This document shows, piece after piece, positions 18,002-29,586 of a stretch of 61,421 nt of DNA. Numbering within the stretch: position 1 is the first letter of the stretch; each line of letters opens with the position of its first letter. This DNA comes from Candidatus Parcubacteria bacterium (lineage in GTDB: Bacteria > Patescibacteriota > Microgenomatia > UBA12405): positions 1 to 61,421 of the forward strand of contig JAEZTF010000002.1 of NCBI GenBank assembly GCA_023443725.1, given 5' to 3'. The notes under the pieces were generated by a model. That model was given only the letters and a program-made list of their open reading frames with translations, was not told where the DNA came from and searched no databases. The position numbers and the translations under genes were made by a program.

Positions 18002-18046
18002 CTTCGGTTCCTCTCCCTAAAAGAGGGGAACCGAAGCTCGGTTTTT
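18002..18046 (+). terminator. rho-independent terminator after serS
   Basis: A 14-bp GC-rich stem, CTTCGGTTCCTCTC (18002-18015) with GAGGGGAACCGAAG (18023-18036), followed by CTCGGTTTTT. Confidence 0.7.
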
Positions 18047-18062
18047 ACGATATAATTAACCT

Positions 18063-20732
18063 ATGTTTAATTTCTTAAAAAATTTTTTTGATGAAAACGT
18101 CAAACGAATCAAGTCTTATCAAAAAATTGTCGACCAAATAAATTCTTTGGAAGAAAAAATATCCAAATTAACCGATAAAGAGTTATCTCAAAAAACTGAA
18201 TATTTTAAAGAGCAATTAAGCAAAGGAAAAACTTTAAATGATATTCTTCCAGAAAGTTTTGCTGTAGTTCGAGAAGCTATCAAAAGAACAATTGGCGAAA
18301 GAGCCTATGATGTTCAATTAATGTCAGCTATTACTCTTCATCAAGGAGCTATCGCTGAACAACGAACTGGAGAAGGTAAAACTCATTCTGTTGTTTTTCC
18401 AGCTTATTTAAATGCTCTTACCGGTCGTGGGGTTCACATTGTTACTCCAAATGATTATCTTACTCGTGTTGGTGCTGGTTGGTATCCAAAAGCTTTAAAT
18501 CTTCTTGGTATTTCTACTTCCTGTATTGTTCATGAACAATCATTTATATTAGATCCATCTTTTACTGATGAATCAGAAAAAATTGATGATCGTTTAGCTC
18601 ATCTTCGTCCTGTTTCTCGTCAAGAAGCTTATCAAGCCGATGTTACTTATGGTACCAATAATGAATTTGGTTTCGATTATCTTCGCGATCATATGGCTTC
18701 TAGTCAAGATCAAGTCGTTCAACGACCTCATCATTTTGCTATTGTCGATGAAGTTGATTTTGTTTTAATTGATGAAGCTCGAACTCCTCTTATTATTTCT
18801 TCTCCAAACAATTCTCCTGTCGACAAATATTACAAATTCGCTCAGATTGCTTCTCAACTTCAACCCACTGATTACGTCATCGATGAAAAATCTCGATCAG
18901 CCACATTATCAGAATATGGTATTCGCAAAGTTGAGAGAATTTTAAATGTCAAGAATCTTTACGAGGAATCTTTCGAAACAATTCACTATATCGAAAATGC
19001 TATCAAAGCTCAAGCTTTATTTCATAAAGACAAAGATTATGTTGTCAAAGACAATGAAGTAATTATCGTTGATGAATTTACTGGTCGTATGATGAACGGT
19101 CGTCGTTGGTCAGATGGACTTCATCAAGCCGTTGAAGCAAAAGAAAATGTTCCAGTTCAACGAGAATCTCAAACTTGGGCAACTATCACTTTTCAAAATT
19201 ATTTTAGATTATATGAAAAATTAGCCGGTATGACAGGTACTGCCATCACCGAAGCTGAAGAATTTAAAAAAATCTACGATTTAGATGTGGTTACCATTCC
19301 TACACATAAAACAATTCAAAGAATAGACGAACATGATTTAATTTTCAAAACTCAAAGATCAAAATATGCCGCCATTGCTAATTTAGTTGAAGAAATAAAT
19401 AAAAAAGGTCAACCAATTTTAATTGGCACCACCTCAATCGAAAAAAATGAAATTATTTCTTCATTACTTCGTAAAAAAGGATTACATCATCAAGTTTTAA
19501 ACGCTAAAAATCACCGTTCAGAAGCAGAAATTATTTCTAAAGCTGGTAAAAAAGGTGCTATTACTGTCGCTACTAATATGGCTGGTCGTGGAGTCGATAT
19601 TATTTTAGGTGGTCCTAAAGATGGAGCTGATAAAAAAGTTTGGTCAAAAGAACATCAAGAAGTAATTGATCTTGGAGGTTTATATGTTATTGGTACCGAA
19701 CGTCACGAGTCACGTCGTATTGACAATCAGCTTCGTGGTCGTGCTGGTCGTCAAGGTGATCCAGGTTGTTCTCAATTTTATATTGCTCTGGATGACGATA
19801 TTATGCGTGTTTTTGGTGGTGAAAAAATTAGCTCTCTTATGGAACGTTTCAATATGCCCGAAGATACCCCATTAACTCATCCATTAGTTTCCAAAGTTAT
19901 CGAACAAATTCAGGTTAAAGTTGAAGGTTTTAATTTTGATGCTCGTAAAAATTTGGTCGAATACGATGACGTTATCAATAAACAAAGAAAAATTATTTAT
20001 CAACTTCGAGATCAAACGTTATTAAATCAATCAAAAGATCCTGAAGTTAACAAACAAAATGTTTTTAGCTATATCGAAAAGCAAATTAATTCTATCGTTA
20101 ATATCAATACTAACTATGAAACTGGCAAACCAGATTTTGAAAAAATAACTCTAGAGTTTTCTGAAATTTTACCTATTTCTTCCTCAGATAGACAAAAACT
20201 TAAATCAGATTTAGAAAAATCTGATCAACCACAAAAAGTTTTAATCGATTTATTAGAAAAACAATGGCAAAGTCGTGTTTCTTTTTTTGGTGCTGAAATT
20301 GCCAATGCTATTTTAAGTTTTGCTATTATTTCTACTCTTGATCCTCTTTGGGTAGATCATTTAACCGCTCTTGATGATCTTCGAGATGGGGTCAGACTTC
20401 GTGGTTATGCTCAAAAAGATCCTTTAATTGAATATCGTAAAGAAGGTTATGAAATGTTTCAAAATCTATTAACTCAATTCGAATACAATCTAACTAGAAA
20501 ATTGTTTAGATTAGAACCAGTTGCTCCGACCGAAAGTTCTCCAAAAAATGTTAATGAAGGTAGAGGAGATTCTATGGCTAATTTACCAACGGAAAATAAA
20601 TCAGTTGATGAAGATGTAAAATTACCACCAAAACAAACTACTATTCATAGCCAAAAAGTTGGTCGTAATGATCCTTGCCCTTGTGGTTCTGGTAAAAAAT
20701 ATAAACAATGTTGTTATCCAAAATTCGGTTAA
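18063..20732 (+). CDS. secA: preprotein translocase ATPase SecA
   Basis: DEAD motor motifs (QRTGEGKT, DEVDFVLIDEARTPLIIS, TNMAGRGVDI) and a C-terminal zinc motif CPCGSGKKYKQCC. A TATAAT at 18051-18056 lies 6 nt before the ATG. Confidence 0.97.
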   Translation: MFNFLKNFFDENVKRIKSYQKIVDQINSLEEKISKLTDKELSQKTEYFKEQLSKGKTLNDILPESFAVVREAIKRTIGERAYDVQLMSAITLHQGAIAEQRTGEGKTHSVVFPAYLNALTGRGVHIVTPNDYLTRVGAGWYPKALNLLGISTSCIVHEQSFILDPSFTDESEKIDDRLAHLRPVSRQEAYQADVTYGTNNEFGFDYLRDHMASSQDQVVQRPHHFAIVDEVDFVLIDEARTPLIISSPNNSPVDKYYKFAQIASQLQPTDYVIDEKSRSATLSEYGIRKVERILNVKNLYEESFETIHYIENAIKAQALFHKDKDYVVKDNEVIIVDEFTGRMMNGRRWSDGLHQAVEAKENVPVQRESQTWATITFQNYFRLYEKLAGMTGTAITEAEEFKKIYDLDVVTIPTHKTIQRIDEHDLIFKTQRSKYAAIANLVEEINKKGQPILIGTTSIEKNEIISSLLRKKGLHHQVLNAKNHRSEAEIISKAGKKGAITVATNMAGRGVDIILGGPKDGADKKVWSKEHQEVIDLGGLYVIGTERHESRRIDNQLRGRAGRQGDPGCSQFYIALDDDIMRVFGGEKISSLMERFNMPEDTPLTHPLVSKVIEQIQVKVEGFNFDARKNLVEYDDVINKQRKIIYQLRDQTLLNQSKDPEVNKQNVFSYIEKQINSIVNINTNYETGKPDFEKITLEFSEILPISSSDRQKLKSDLEKSDQPQKVLIDLLEKQWQSRVSFFGAEIANAILSFAIISTLDPLWVDHLTALDDLRDGVRLRGYAQKDPLIEYRKEGYEMFQNLLTQFEYNLTRKLFRLEPVAPTESSPKNVNEGRGDSMANLPTENKSVDEDVKLPPKQTTIHSQKVGRNDPCPCGSGKKYKQCCYPKFG

Positions 20733-20740
20733 AATAAATT

Positions 20741-21760
20741 ATGAATTTAAAAATTGTTGGTAAAAAGATTTGGAAAGAAATTAATCGTGCTAATAATATT
20801 CTTCTAACCATCCATGCTGGTCCAGATGCTGATTCGGTTGGTTCCAATTTAGCTCTTTATTACGTCCTCAAAAAAATGGGTAAAAATGTTTGTCTTATTC
20901 AAGGCGATTCAGAATTACCACCAAATCTAAAAACTATACCTGGGACTGATAAAATTTTCCCAAAAAATATTTTTCAAATTGACTTAAATCAATTTGATCT
21001 TTTTCTAATTCTCGATTCTTCATCTCCTAGTCAAATATCTCGACTCGGTAAAATTACTTTTCCCAAAAAACTAAAGACAATCATTATAGATCATCATCAG
21101 AGTAGTGAAAAATTTGCTCAAATAAATCTTGTCATGCCAAAATATTCTTCAACTTGCCAAGTAATCTATGATCTTCTTCAAAACCAAAAAATAAAAATTG
21201 ACAAGAATATGGCTGCTGGTCTTTTTATTGGTATTTATACCGATACTGGAGCATTCAAATATTTCAATCCAACTTATAAAATATTTGATATTGCTGGTAA
21301 ATTAGGTAAGATTTATCCAAAATTTCCTGAACTTATTTTTGGAATTGAAAATAATGATAGCCCAGATCGTATTAAATTAATTTCTTATCTTCTTTCATCA
21401 GTCAAAAATTATTGTTCAGATCATATTGCCATTGCTTCTATCTCTAGTGAAGAGATTCAAAAAAATCATATTGATATCAACACTCTTAATGGGTATTCCG
21501 ATGTCACTAACATGCTCAAGTCTGTTGTTGGTTGGGATATTGCTATGACTATGATTGAATTTCAACCAGGTACTATTAGAATCAACTTTAGAACTAGAGA
21601 TTCTAATAAATATGATTTATCAAGAATCGCTACCGCTACTGGCAGTGGTGGTGGTCATAAAGCCGCCGCTGGCGCCACTATTAGTAATAAATCTATCTCC
21701 GAGGCTACTGAATTTATATTAAGTATTATCAAAAAACTTTACCCAAAAATAGACAAATAA
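20741..21760 (+). CDS. DHH/DHHA1 phosphoesterase (NrnA-like)
   Basis: DHH motifs HAGPDADSVGS and IIDHHQS, plus the DHHA1 motif GGGHKAAAG. Confidence 0.8.
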   Translation: MNLKIVGKKIWKEINRANNILLTIHAGPDADSVGSNLALYYVLKKMGKNVCLIQGDSELPPNLKTIPGTDKIFPKNIFQIDLNQFDLFLILDSSSPSQISRLGKITFPKKLKTIIIDHHQSSEKFAQINLVMPKYSSTCQVIYDLLQNQKIKIDKNMAAGLFIGIYTDTGAFKYFNPTYKIFDIAGKLGKIYPKFPELIFGIENNDSPDRIKLISYLLSSVKNYCSDHIAIASISSEEIQKNHIDINTLNGYSDVTNMLKSVVGWDIAMTMIEFQPGTIRINFRTRDSNKYDLSRIATATGSGGGHKAAAGATISNKSISEATEFILSIIKKLYPKIDK

Positions 21761-21763
21761 ATT

Positions 21764-22174
21764 ATGGACGATTGTATTTTTTGCAAAATTATAAAAGGGG
21801 AGATTCCTTGTCAAAAAGTATATGAAGATGAAAATTTTTTGGCTTTTTTAGATATCAATCCAATTAATTTAGGTCATACTCTTCTTGTTCCAAAAAAACA
21901 TTATCGTTGGGTTTATGATATCCCAGAGTTTGGTGAGTTTAATCAAGTTGCTCAAAAAATTGCCCTAGCTATTACTAAATCTGACTTAAAACCTAATTTT
22001 GTAACCTTTTTAACTGTTGGAGAAGATGTAGCTCATGCTCATATTCATATTATTCCAAGAAATTACGGTGATTCTTTCAAGCAAGGATTAACCTTAATTT
22101 CTCATTATAAAACTTCAAACGAAGAATTGGAAAAAACAGCCTCTATAATTAGTTCCCAGATCTCTGAGATCTAA
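21764..22174 (+). CDS. HIT family nucleotide hydrolase/transferase
   Basis: CIFCKI zinc-like N-terminus and the histidine triad HAHIHIIPR. Confidence 0.85.
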   Translation: MDDCIFCKIIKGEIPCQKVYEDENFLAFLDINPINLGHTLLVPKKHYRWVYDIPEFGEFNQVAQKIALAITKSDLKPNFVTFLTVGEDVAHAHIHIIPRNYGDSFKQGLTLISHYKTSNEELEKTASIISSQISEI

Positions 22175-23990
22175 CTCGATCTACTTTAGTCAAAAGTTTC
22201 TTTCTTAATCTAATATTTTCTGGAGTTACATCAATAAGTTCATCGCTATTAATAAAGTCCAAACATTCTTCCAAAGAATATTTTACTGCTGGGGCCAAAA
22301 TAATATTGTCATCGTTTCCAGCAGATCGAGTATTAGTTAAATGTTTCCCTTTACAAATATTAATTTCCAAATCATCCACCACTGGTCTAAAACCAACTAT
22401 TTGACCCTCATAAACTTTCTCATTAGGATTTACAAAAGTAATACCTCTTTTTTGAGCTAAGTCTAAGCCATAAGATAATGCTTTGCCCGATTCAAAGGCA
22501 ATCATTACTCCATTTCTTTCTTTTTTATTATCTTCTTGTTTTGGTTCATATCCCAAAAACAAAGTATTTATTGATACCATTCCTTTAGTCTCTGTCATTA
22601 AGGCACTTCGTAAACCTAAACCATTTTTTTCACTGATTTTATAAGTCATTTTAGTACCAACTTTATCATCGGTTTGCATATCCAACATTTCTCCTTTTCT
22701 TTTTCCCATTTCTGAAGTTATTACTCCCACATATTCTTCTGGAGTAATAATAGTTAGTTCATTAATTGGTTCGTGAACTTTTCCATCAATAGTTTTTAAA
22801 ATGACTTCTGGTTTACCTACTTCCATTGCATAGCCTTCTCTTCTTAACTTTTCGATTAAAATAGCTAAATGCATTTCACCTCGGCCAGACACTAAGACTC
22901 TGATACCATCAGTTGGATCATCTTCAATTTTTAAACCCAAATTTGTTTCTACTTCTTGTCTCAATCTTTCTTTAAGTTCACGACTAGTCAAAAATCTAGA
23001 TTCATCTCTAGCAAACATCCCTGTATTAGGGCCAAAGCTTGCTTTAAGAGTTGGTTCAGCCACTTCAATAGTAGGCAAAGCCACTTGATAATTTATCGAA
23101 CTTAAAGTTTGGCCAATTTCAATATCGGGAATTCCTGATAAATAAACTATTTCACCACTAGCAGCTTGGTCTATTTCAACTTTCGTAATTCCTTCATTAA
23201 CATACATTTTTTCTATTCTAAAATTTCCCATTACTTTTTGATCTGGCTTAACCATTGAAACAAAGTCACCTTTTTTAATCAATCCCTGATGAATTCTTCC
23301 CAAAGCTAATCTACCTAAATATTCGTTTTTTTCAAAAGCCGAGACTAATAATTGAAATGGCTTATCGATATCTTTTTGGGCACTAGGAATGTATTTTAAA
23401 ATAGTTTCAAAAAGTGGTTCCATATTACCTGGAGTTTCCATGGAATCAGGCATTTCTAAAAATGTCTTTCCATCTCTACCTACGGCATAAATAATTGGGA
23501 AATCTAGCAAATCTGGATCATCAGCCAGGGATAAAAATAAATTTTCAGTATCTGAAACTACTTCTTTAACTCGCTCGTCTTTTCGATCAATCTTATTAAT
23601 TACCAAAATTACTTTTAATTTATAGTCCAAAGCTCTTTTTAAGACAAACTTGGTTTGAGACAGAGGTCCTTCTGCAGCATCTACAATCAACAATACTCCA
23701 TCAGCCATATTCAAAACTCTTTCTACTTCACCACCAAAATCAGCATGTCCAGGAGTGTCAATGATATTTATTTTTGTATCTTTATAAAAAACTGAAGTAT
23801 TTTTAGACAAAATAGTAATTCCTTTTTCTCTTTCCAAATCATTACTATCCATGATTCGGTCCATTTTCATTTCTTCCTGGTTATCTCTAAAAGTGTTGGT
23901 TTGTTTCAATAAGGCATCCACTAAAGTTGTTTTACCATGGTCTACATGGGCGATTACAGCAACATTTCTTATATCTGTCATTTTGGGCAT
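22149..23990 (-). CDS. typA: translational GTPase TypA/BipA
   Basis: G domain ([22 protein letters not shown]) and EF-G-like domains. Three in-frame ATGs exist (23996, 23990, 23981). I chose 23990 because it sits 6 nt after a minus-strand TAGAAT. Confidence 0.93.
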   Translation of the reverse strand: MPKMTDIRNVAVIAHVDHGKTTLVDALLKQTNTFRDNQEEMKMDRIMDSNDLEREKGITILSKNTSVFYKDTKINIIDTPGHADFGGEVERVLNMADGVLLIVDAAEGPLSQTKFVLKRALDYKLKVILVINKIDRKDERVKEVVSDTENLFLSLADDPDLLDFPIIYAVGRDGKTFLEMPDSMETPGNMEPLFETILKYIPSAQKDIDKPFQLLVSAFEKNEYLGRLALGRIHQGLIKKGDFVSMVKPDQKVMGNFRIEKMYVNEGITKVEIDQAASGEIVYLSGIPDIEIGQTLSSINYQVALPTIEVAEPTLKASFGPNTGMFARDESRFLTSRELKERLRQEVETNLGLKIEDDPTDGIRVLVSGRGEMHLAILIEKLRREGYAMEVGKPEVILKTIDGKVHEPINELTIITPEEYVGVITSEMGKRKGEMLDMQTDDKVGTKMTYKISEKNGLGLRSALMTETKGMVSINTLFLGYEPKQEDNKKERNGVMIAFESGKALSYGLDLAQKRGITFVNPNEKVYEGQIVGFRPVVDDLEINICKGKHLTNTRSAGNDDNIILAPAVKYSLEECLDFINSDELIDVTPENIRLRKKLLTKVDRVRSQRSGN

Positions 23991-23996
23991 TCGCAT

Positions 23997-24024
23997 ATTC
24001 TACTACAAGATCAAAATTAATCAA
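23997..24024 (-). promoter_or_regulatory. candidate typA promoter
   Basis: On the minus strand, TTGATT (24024-24019), a 16-nt spacer, then TAGAAT (24002-23997). Confidence 0.45.
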
Positions 24025-24062
24025 TCATTAGGCTTTATTTAAAAAACAGCTATAATAAAATT

Positions 24063-24824
24063 ATGTTCAAGAAAATCGGCCTTTTTTTACTTATTATTTT
24101 GATTTTTTTATTTCTTATTTTTAGAAAAAATATATTTATTTCACCCAAAGTTGAAAACAAAATAAACGAAGTAAAAAATACAGTTGAAAATATTCAAGAA
24201 ACTATTGTTCCGAAACCAACCAAGATTCTAGATACAGGTTTACCCAACAAACACTTAATCAAAACCACTTTTATTCCTCAATCACCCGAGCAAAATTGGG
24301 ATCAACCTTGGCAAGATGCTTGTGAAGAAGCTGCCATTCTTACTGTAAATTATTTTTATAAAAATCAAAAACCAGATACTTCTACTATTAGAGATGATAT
24401 CTTAAAAATGATTGAATTTGAAAATAGTCAAAATTTTACTCATGACATGAACATAGACCAGATGGTTTTGGTGGCTCAAGAATATTTAAATTTCAAGACA
24501 AAAATAATTGATAATCCTACGGTTGAAGATATAAAAAAATATATTTCACAAGATATACCAATAATTGTTCCTGCTAATGGAAAAACTTTGTATCAAGAAA
24601 ACAAACATTTTACTCACGGTGGTCCTTATTATCACAATTTGACCATTTTAGGTTACGATGACGACAAAAAGCAATTTACAGTTCACGATGTCGGTACTAA
24701 ATCAGGTGCATATTTTAAATATTCATATCAACTATTAATAGATAGTATCCATGACTTTCCAGAATCAAAAAACAAAGAAGATATTAACACTGGTTCTAAA
24801 AGAGTCCTTATTTTGTTAAAATAA
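24063..24824 (+). CDS. membrane-anchored C39-like (papain-fold) peptidase-domain protein
   Basis: N-terminal TM segment, IPQSPEQNW..QDACEEAAILTV (Cys context) and HNLTILGYDD (His context), as in Peptidase_C39_2-type proteins. A TATAAT at 24051-24056 lies 6 nt before the ATG. Confidence 0.5.
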   Translation: MFKKIGLFLLIILIFLFLIFRKNIFISPKVENKINEVKNTVENIQETIVPKPTKILDTGLPNKHLIKTTFIPQSPEQNWDQPWQDACEEAAILTVNYFYKNQKPDTSTIRDDILKMIEFENSQNFTHDMNIDQMVLVAQEYLNFKTKIIDNPTVEDIKKYISQDIPIIVPANGKTLYQENKHFTHGGPYYHNLTILGYDDDKKQFTVHDVGTKSGAYFKYSYQLLIDSIHDFPESKNKEDINTGSKRVLILLK

Positions 24825-24828
24825 ACTC

Positions 24829-25425
24829 ATGAAAAAGTCAATTAAATTATTTCTAATTATTTTTTCTGTTTTTATTCTCTCTGGATGTGGTGTTAAAAAT
24901 AAACCTAATCCAACCAATATAAATTTAGAGGAAAACACAATTCCTACCAGTAACAATATGAAATCTTCATCAAATTCTTCAACTAAACAAAAAGATAAGT
25001 TTGTTGCCATCAAAACTAAGGATGGTGAAATCGTTTTAAAACTTTATTCTGATGTTGCTCCAAAAACAACTGCAAACTTCATCTCAAAAGCTGAATCAGG
25101 TTTTTATAAAAACTTGACTTTTCATCGAGTTATTCCAGGTTTTATGGCTCAAGGTGGCGACCCTCTTGGTAATGGTACTGGTGGTGGCCAAATTAAATCT
25201 GAAATTAACAATATTCCTTTTGTTCGTGGCACTATCGGTTTAGCTCGTGGAGGCAATATAGAAATTAGTAATGATAGTCAATTTTTTATCTGTTTTACAA
25301 CCGAAGGCTGTCAACATTTAACTGGTGATTACGTAAATTTTGGAGAAGTTGTTTCTGGTCTTGATGTTTTAGATAAAATCAAAATAGGGGATAAAATATT
25401 AGACGTTGTTACTACTACTAAATAA
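24829..25425 (+). CDS. cyclophilin-type peptidyl-prolyl isomerase, lipoprotein
   Basis: Lipobox LSGC, followed by FHRVIPGFMAQGGDP..NGTGG. Confidence 0.9.
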   Translation: MKKSIKLFLIIFSVFILSGCGVKNKPNPTNINLEENTIPTSNNMKSSSNSSTKQKDKFVAIKTKDGEIVLKLYSDVAPKTTANFISKAESGFYKNLTFHRVIPGFMAQGGDPLGNGTGGGQIKSEINNIPFVRGTIGLARGGNIEISNDSQFFICFTTEGCQHLTGDYVNFGEVVSGLDVLDKIKIGDKILDVVTTTK

Positions 25426-25426
25426 A

Positions 25427-25870
25427 ATGATAAAAAAAATAATTAGCTTTTTAGTAATTTTATTAGTCGTTGTTGGTTTATATAAATTTCTTTCTATTCC
25501 ACCAAAAACAGCAACAACTCCCCAAACAGATAATACAGTTAATTCTTCAAATGCAGATATTTACAAAGATAATCCTATTTATGACAATCCAGATTTAGTT
25601 TTTTATTGGGGTAATGGATGCCCTCATTGTAAAAATGTTGAAGATTGGTTAGATAAGAATAATGCAGACAAAAAAATAAAGGTCAATTATAAGGAAATTT
25701 ATTATAATGATCAAAATCGAACTGAATTAATAAATACCGCCAAACAATATTGTTCTGAAATAGTCACTAATGACGGTATTGGAGTTCCTGTTGGATTCGA
25801 TCCTGTAAACAAGAAATGTATTCAAGGAGATACTCCAATTATCGACTTTCTTAAGCTAAAAATTAAATAA
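25427..25870 (+). CDS. membrane-anchored thioredoxin/glutaredoxin-like protein
   Basis: A TM anchor followed by WGNGCPHCKNVEDW (CPHC redox motif). The ATG at 25427 is preferred over the track start at 25406. Confidence 0.7.
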   Translation: MIKKIISFLVILLVVVGLYKFLSIPPKTATTPQTDNTVNSSNADIYKDNPIYDNPDLVFYWGNGCPHCKNVEDWLDKNNADKKIKVNYKEIYYNDQNRTELINTAKQYCSEIVTNDGIGVPVGFDPVNKKCIQGDTPIIDFLKLKIK

Positions 25871-26241
25871 TGACTAAAAAAAAAGAATTTCACTTTACAT
25901 TTGGTGTTTTTCTTCGTTTATTAATTTTCTTTTTAATTATTTATTTTTCTATCAATTATTTTGCTTCTCAAAAAAATAATTTATCTACTCCTATAGTAGA
26001 CAGTACTCTAGCCATAGATGAACAAACAAAAAATAATTTATTACCTACAGTTTGGCAAGATATTTATTCTAAACTACCAGAAAACAGTCGTTATCAAATA
26101 GAGCATATAAAAGAAAATCCCACTGTTGTTTATCTTCAAAATCAATTAAATGGTTTTCCTCAAAAACAAATAAAAGAAATTCAAAAAATGATCGTCAAAA
26201 ATGTTTCAGATAATATTATTAAAAACATTGACCAAAATTGA
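25870..26241 (+). CDS. hypothetical membrane-anchored protein
   Basis: One N-terminal TM segment and no recognisable motif. TAATG junction with the upstream gene. Confidence 0.45.
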   Translation: MTKKKEFHFTFGVFLRLLIFFLIIYFSINYFASQKNNLSTPIVDSTLAIDEQTKNNLLPTVWQDIYSKLPENSRYQIEHIKENPTVVYLQNQLNGFPQKQIKEIQKMIVKNVSDNIIKNIDQN

Positions 26242-26242
26242 T

Positions 26243-27316
26243 ATGACCGATATTAGTGATATTAAATCAAATTTTGTAAAACTCAAGGAAAAACTTAATT
26301 TTGATCAAAAACAAATTGATCTAATTGACTTACAAAAGAAAGCCGAAGATCCAAATCTCTGGGATAATCAAACACAAGCTCAAGAAATACTACAGCAAAT
26401 AGCTGAAATTCAAAAGAATATTAATATTGTTAAAGAAATTGATAACGAGATCGCTTCAATAGAAGAATTTCAAAACCTTTTAGAAACAGACTTGGATCCA
26501 TCGTTAGAGATGGAAGTGGAGAAAAATATTTTGCATCTTCAAGAACAAATAAAAGAATTAGAATTAACTACCTATCTTTCAGGAAAATATGATTTTAAAA
26601 ATGCTCTTCTTTCAATTCATTCTGGCCAAGGTGGTACAGAAGCAATGGATTGGGCGGCCATGTTGCAACGAATGTATTTGCGATTTTTTGAAAGAAAAGG
26701 TTGGAAGTATGAAGTTATTGATTTTATTCCCGGCGAAGAAGCTGGTATAAAATCTGTTTCTTTTAGAATCACCCAACCACTTGCCTTTGGTTATTTAAAA
26801 AAAGAAGCTGGAGTTCATCGTTTAGTTCGTCTTTCTCCTTTTAATGCTGATCAATTAAGACAAACTTCTTTTGCCAAAGTTGAAGTTACTCCTATTTTAG
26901 ATTTTTCTTCAGATTTTAAAATTCCAGAATCAGAAATAGAATTTTCTGCTTTTCGTTCTGGCGGTAATGGTGGTCAAAACGTTAATAAAGTTTCTACTGC
27001 TGTCAGATTAGTCCACAAACCCACTGGTATTGCTGTTTCTTGTCAAAGTCAGCGTAGTCAAGATCAAAATCGAGACATTGCTTTACAAATGCTAACTTCT
27101 AAATTGTGGATGATTGAACAAGAAAAACAAAATAAAGAAGAGAAAGCTATCAAGGGTGATAACATTATTGCCGGGTGGGGTCACCAAATTAGATCCTATG
27201 TCCTTCATCCATACAAAATGGTTAAAGATTTAAGAACTAGATATGAAACTTCTGATACTGTTGGTGTTTTAGATGGTGATATTGACCAATTCATCGAAGC
27301 TGAATTAAAATCATAA
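26243..27316 (+). CDS. prfB: peptide chain release factor 2 (single uninterrupted frame)
   Basis: SPF tripeptide (RLSPFNAD) and the GGQ motif ([12 protein letters not shown]). The ATG at 26243 is preferred over the track start. Confidence 0.93.
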   Translation: MTDISDIKSNFVKLKEKLNFDQKQIDLIDLQKKAEDPNLWDNQTQAQEILQQIAEIQKNINIVKEIDNEIASIEEFQNLLETDLDPSLEMEVEKNILHLQEQIKELELTTYLSGKYDFKNALLSIHSGQGGTEAMDWAAMLQRMYLRFFERKGWKYEVIDFIPGEEAGIKSVSFRITQPLAFGYLKKEAGVHRLVRLSPFNADQLRQTSFAKVEVTPILDFSSDFKIPESEIEFSAFRSGGNGGQNVNKVSTAVRLVHKPTGIAVSCQSQRSQDQNRDIALQMLTSKLWMIEQEKQNKEEKAIKGDNIIAGWGHQIRSYVLHPYKMVKDLRTRYETSDTVGVLDGDIDQFIEAELKS

Positions 27317-27321
27317 AATAT

Positions 27322-28350
27322 ATGAAACGTTTATTTAAATTTTTTATTTCTGGTATTTTATTTATTTCACTCATTTTTGTTTTAATTTTTTTAAATGCTT
27401 CTTTTGAATTGTCAAAAAGTATGGGTAAACCAGCCAATTATCTAATAAAAACTATTTATCAAGCATCTTCTCAAAATCCATATTTATCAAAAGATAAAAT
27501 TAATTTTTTGATTTTAGGTTTAGACGAAAGAAACGATTCTCTAGAAGTAACCCAAACCACAGACACTATTATTCTTGTCTCGTTAAACTTAAAAACATTT
27601 AAAATAAATACTATTTCTTTACCACGAGATCTTTGGTCTTATCAATTAAACAACAAAATAAATCAAATTTATCCTTTATCTCTAAACCAAACCGATAAAA
27701 TTGCTTTTATTAAAGAAAATTTTAAATATATAACCGGTCAAGATATTGATCACATTTTAATCATAAAAACTGATAATTTAATCGATTTTGTTAAATTAAT
27801 TGGCGGAGTTGATTTAAATTTAGATATTGGTTTTGTTGATCATCAATATCCAAATCCAGATTATATTGCCAGCCCTTCCGCAAAAATTCCAATTTATAAA
27901 ACAGTTGAATTTAAGTCTGGTCAAATTCATTTAGACGAATCAAATATCACCGAATTTGTTCGGTCTCGTCACGGCGGTGAAACTGCCGCTCAAGGTGGTA
28001 CTGATATTGGTCGAATTCATCGTCAACAACTTTTACTTGAAGCTGTTATATCAAAAGTTAAATCTGATTCTTTCAGTCTTACTTCACAACAATTATCAAG
28101 CCTTTATAAGTTATGGGATCAAAAAATAATCAAAGATGTTTCTGATGTTCAAGCTATTCAAATGTTATCAGTTGTTGGTAGTAATTTTTTAAATTTAAAT
28201 CTAAATAAAATAGATATAAAAATTGGAAACAATCAAAAGGATGGTCTTATTTATCACCCAACTAAGTTCATAAATTCTCAATGGGTATATCTTCCTTCTG
28301 ATGATAAATATCTATTACTCCAAAACTTCATTAAAGAGTCAATAAATTAA
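27322..28350 (+). CDS. LytR-CpsA-Psr (LCP) family glycopolymer ligase
   Basis: A TM anchor followed by FLILGLDERNDS...TDTIILVSL...ISLPRDLW and RSRHG..GTDIGRIHRQQ. Confidence 0.85.
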   Translation: MKRLFKFFISGILFISLIFVLIFLNASFELSKSMGKPANYLIKTIYQASSQNPYLSKDKINFLILGLDERNDSLEVTQTTDTIILVSLNLKTFKINTISLPRDLWSYQLNNKINQIYPLSLNQTDKIAFIKENFKYITGQDIDHILIIKTDNLIDFVKLIGGVDLNLDIGFVDHQYPNPDYIASPSAKIPIYKTVEFKSGQIHLDESNITEFVRSRHGGETAAQGGTDIGRIHRQQLLLEAVISKVKSDSFSLTSQQLSSLYKLWDQKIIKDVSDVQAIQMLSVVGSNFLNLNLNKIDIKIGNNQKDGLIYHPTKFINSQWVYLPSDDKYLLLQNFIKESIN

Positions 28351-28368
28351 TACCCCTCATCTTCTAAT

Positions 28369-28397
28369 TTGTTATACTGAATTATTAGATTTTAAAT
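28369..28397 (+). promoter_or_regulatory. candidate promoter of the 28404-ftsEX-M23 operon
   Basis: TTGTTA (28369-28374), a 17-nt spacer, then TTAAAT (28392-28397), then 6 nt to the ATG at 28404. Confidence 0.45.
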
Positions 28398-28403
28398 TTA
28401 ATA

Positions 28404-28871
28404 ATGGATATACCAAATTTATCTCCTTTAGAGACTTCTACCAATAAACAAACTAACATCAAAAATGGCAAAATTATTATTGCAATTGTCATTATATTTG
28501 GAATTACTGCCGGATTCTGGGTCTCTCGTTTTTGGCCTACTAAAACAGCAGTTTCTTTATCGGATTTAGATACAAACAATCCAACTGCTATCACCGACAC
28601 TACTTCACTAAAAGTTGGCATTCTTTATGGCGACACAGATCAATCTTTCAAAGATTCGGCTACAGGTACAGTTGAGGAAGGGAATGTAAAAGGAGAGGGT
28701 ACACATGTCTTGAAAAGAGATGGTGGTGACTCTCAGACAGTAGCCCTTACTTCGTCAACAGTCGATCTTAGTTTATTTGTTGGTAAAAAAGTTGAAGTTA
28801 CTGGTCAAACAAACAAATCCAATAAAGCTGCTTGGCTTTTGGATGTTGGTAATATAAAAATTATTGAATAA
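28404..28871 (+). CDS. hypothetical membrane-anchored protein upstream of ftsE
   Basis: One TM segment (IIIAIVIIFGITAGFWV) and a beta-rich C-terminal part. No motif recognised. Confidence 0.5.
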   Translation: MDIPNLSPLETSTNKQTNIKNGKIIIAIVIIFGITAGFWVSRFWPTKTAVSLSDLDTNNPTAITDTTSLKVGILYGDTDQSFKDSATGTVEEGNVKGEGTHVLKRDGGDSQTVALTSSTVDLSLFVGKKVEVTGQTNKSNKAAWLLDVGNIKIIE

Positions 28872-28872
28872 A

Positions 28873-29586
28873 ATGAAAATTGTTTTTGACAATGTTGATA
28901 AAAGTTTTGGGCTTATTCATGCTCTTAAAGACATTACTTTTAAAGTAGATCAAGGCGATTTTGTTTTTATCGTTGGTCATTCTGGCGCTGGTAAATCAAC
29001 CATTATAAAATTGATTCTCAATCAATTAAAACCAACCTCAGGAGAAATATTAATCGATGATATTAATATTGCAGTTGGTACTAAAGAGCAAATCAATCAA
29101 ATTAGAAGAAAAATTGGTGTCATTTTTCAAGATTATCAACTTATATTTGATAAATCAGTCGAAGAAAATATTGCTCTTATCTTAGATATAGTTTCCTATC
29201 CAAAAGATAAAATTCAAGAAAAAATCGATGAAGTTATAAGTAAAGTTGGTTTAGAAAATCGTCGTTTTCTTTTTCCATCACAATTATCCGGTGGGGAATT
29301 ACAACGAGCTGCTTTAGCTAGGGCTTTAGCTATAGACCCAGAAGTTATTTTAGCGGACGAACCAACTGGTAACTTAGATCCAGAAAATTCTTGGAATTTA
29401 GTTAAACTTCTAAAAGATATTAATCAAAAAAACAATACCACTATAATTATGACCACTCATAATTACGAAATTGTTGATGCTTTAGGTAAAAGAAAAATAG
29501 AAATAGTTAATGGAGAAATAAAAAAAGATCCTTCAAAAATTATTCATAAAGTTATCCATTCCGCTAAAAAAAATGAGCACAACTAA
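28873..29586 (+). CDS. ftsE: cell division ABC ATPase FtsE
   Basis: Walker [10 protein letters not shown], signature LSGGELQR and Walker [12 protein letters not shown]. The ATG at 28873 is preferred over the TTG at 28864. Confidence 0.9.
   Translation: MKIVFDNVDKSFGLIHALKDITFKVDQGDFVFIVGHSGAGKSTIIKLILNQLKPTSGEILIDDINIAVGTKEQINQIRRKIGVIFQDYQLIFDKSVEENIALILDIVSYPKDKIQEKIDEVISKVGLENRRFLFPSQLSGGELQRAALARALAIDPEVILADEPTGNLDPENSWNLVKLLKDINQKNNTTIIMTTHNYEIVDALGKRKIEIVNGEIKKDPSKIIHKVIHSAKKNEHN

Noticed and set aside
26243-27316. Possible alternative genetic code (UGA recoded, as in some CPR lineages) or a programmed +1 frameshift in prfB
   Set aside because: TGA closes many well-supported genes here, for example 16606-08, 26239-41 and the ATGA junctions. 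RF2, with SPF and GGQ motifs, is encoded in one uninterrupted frame with no CTT-TGA-type shift site near the 5' end.
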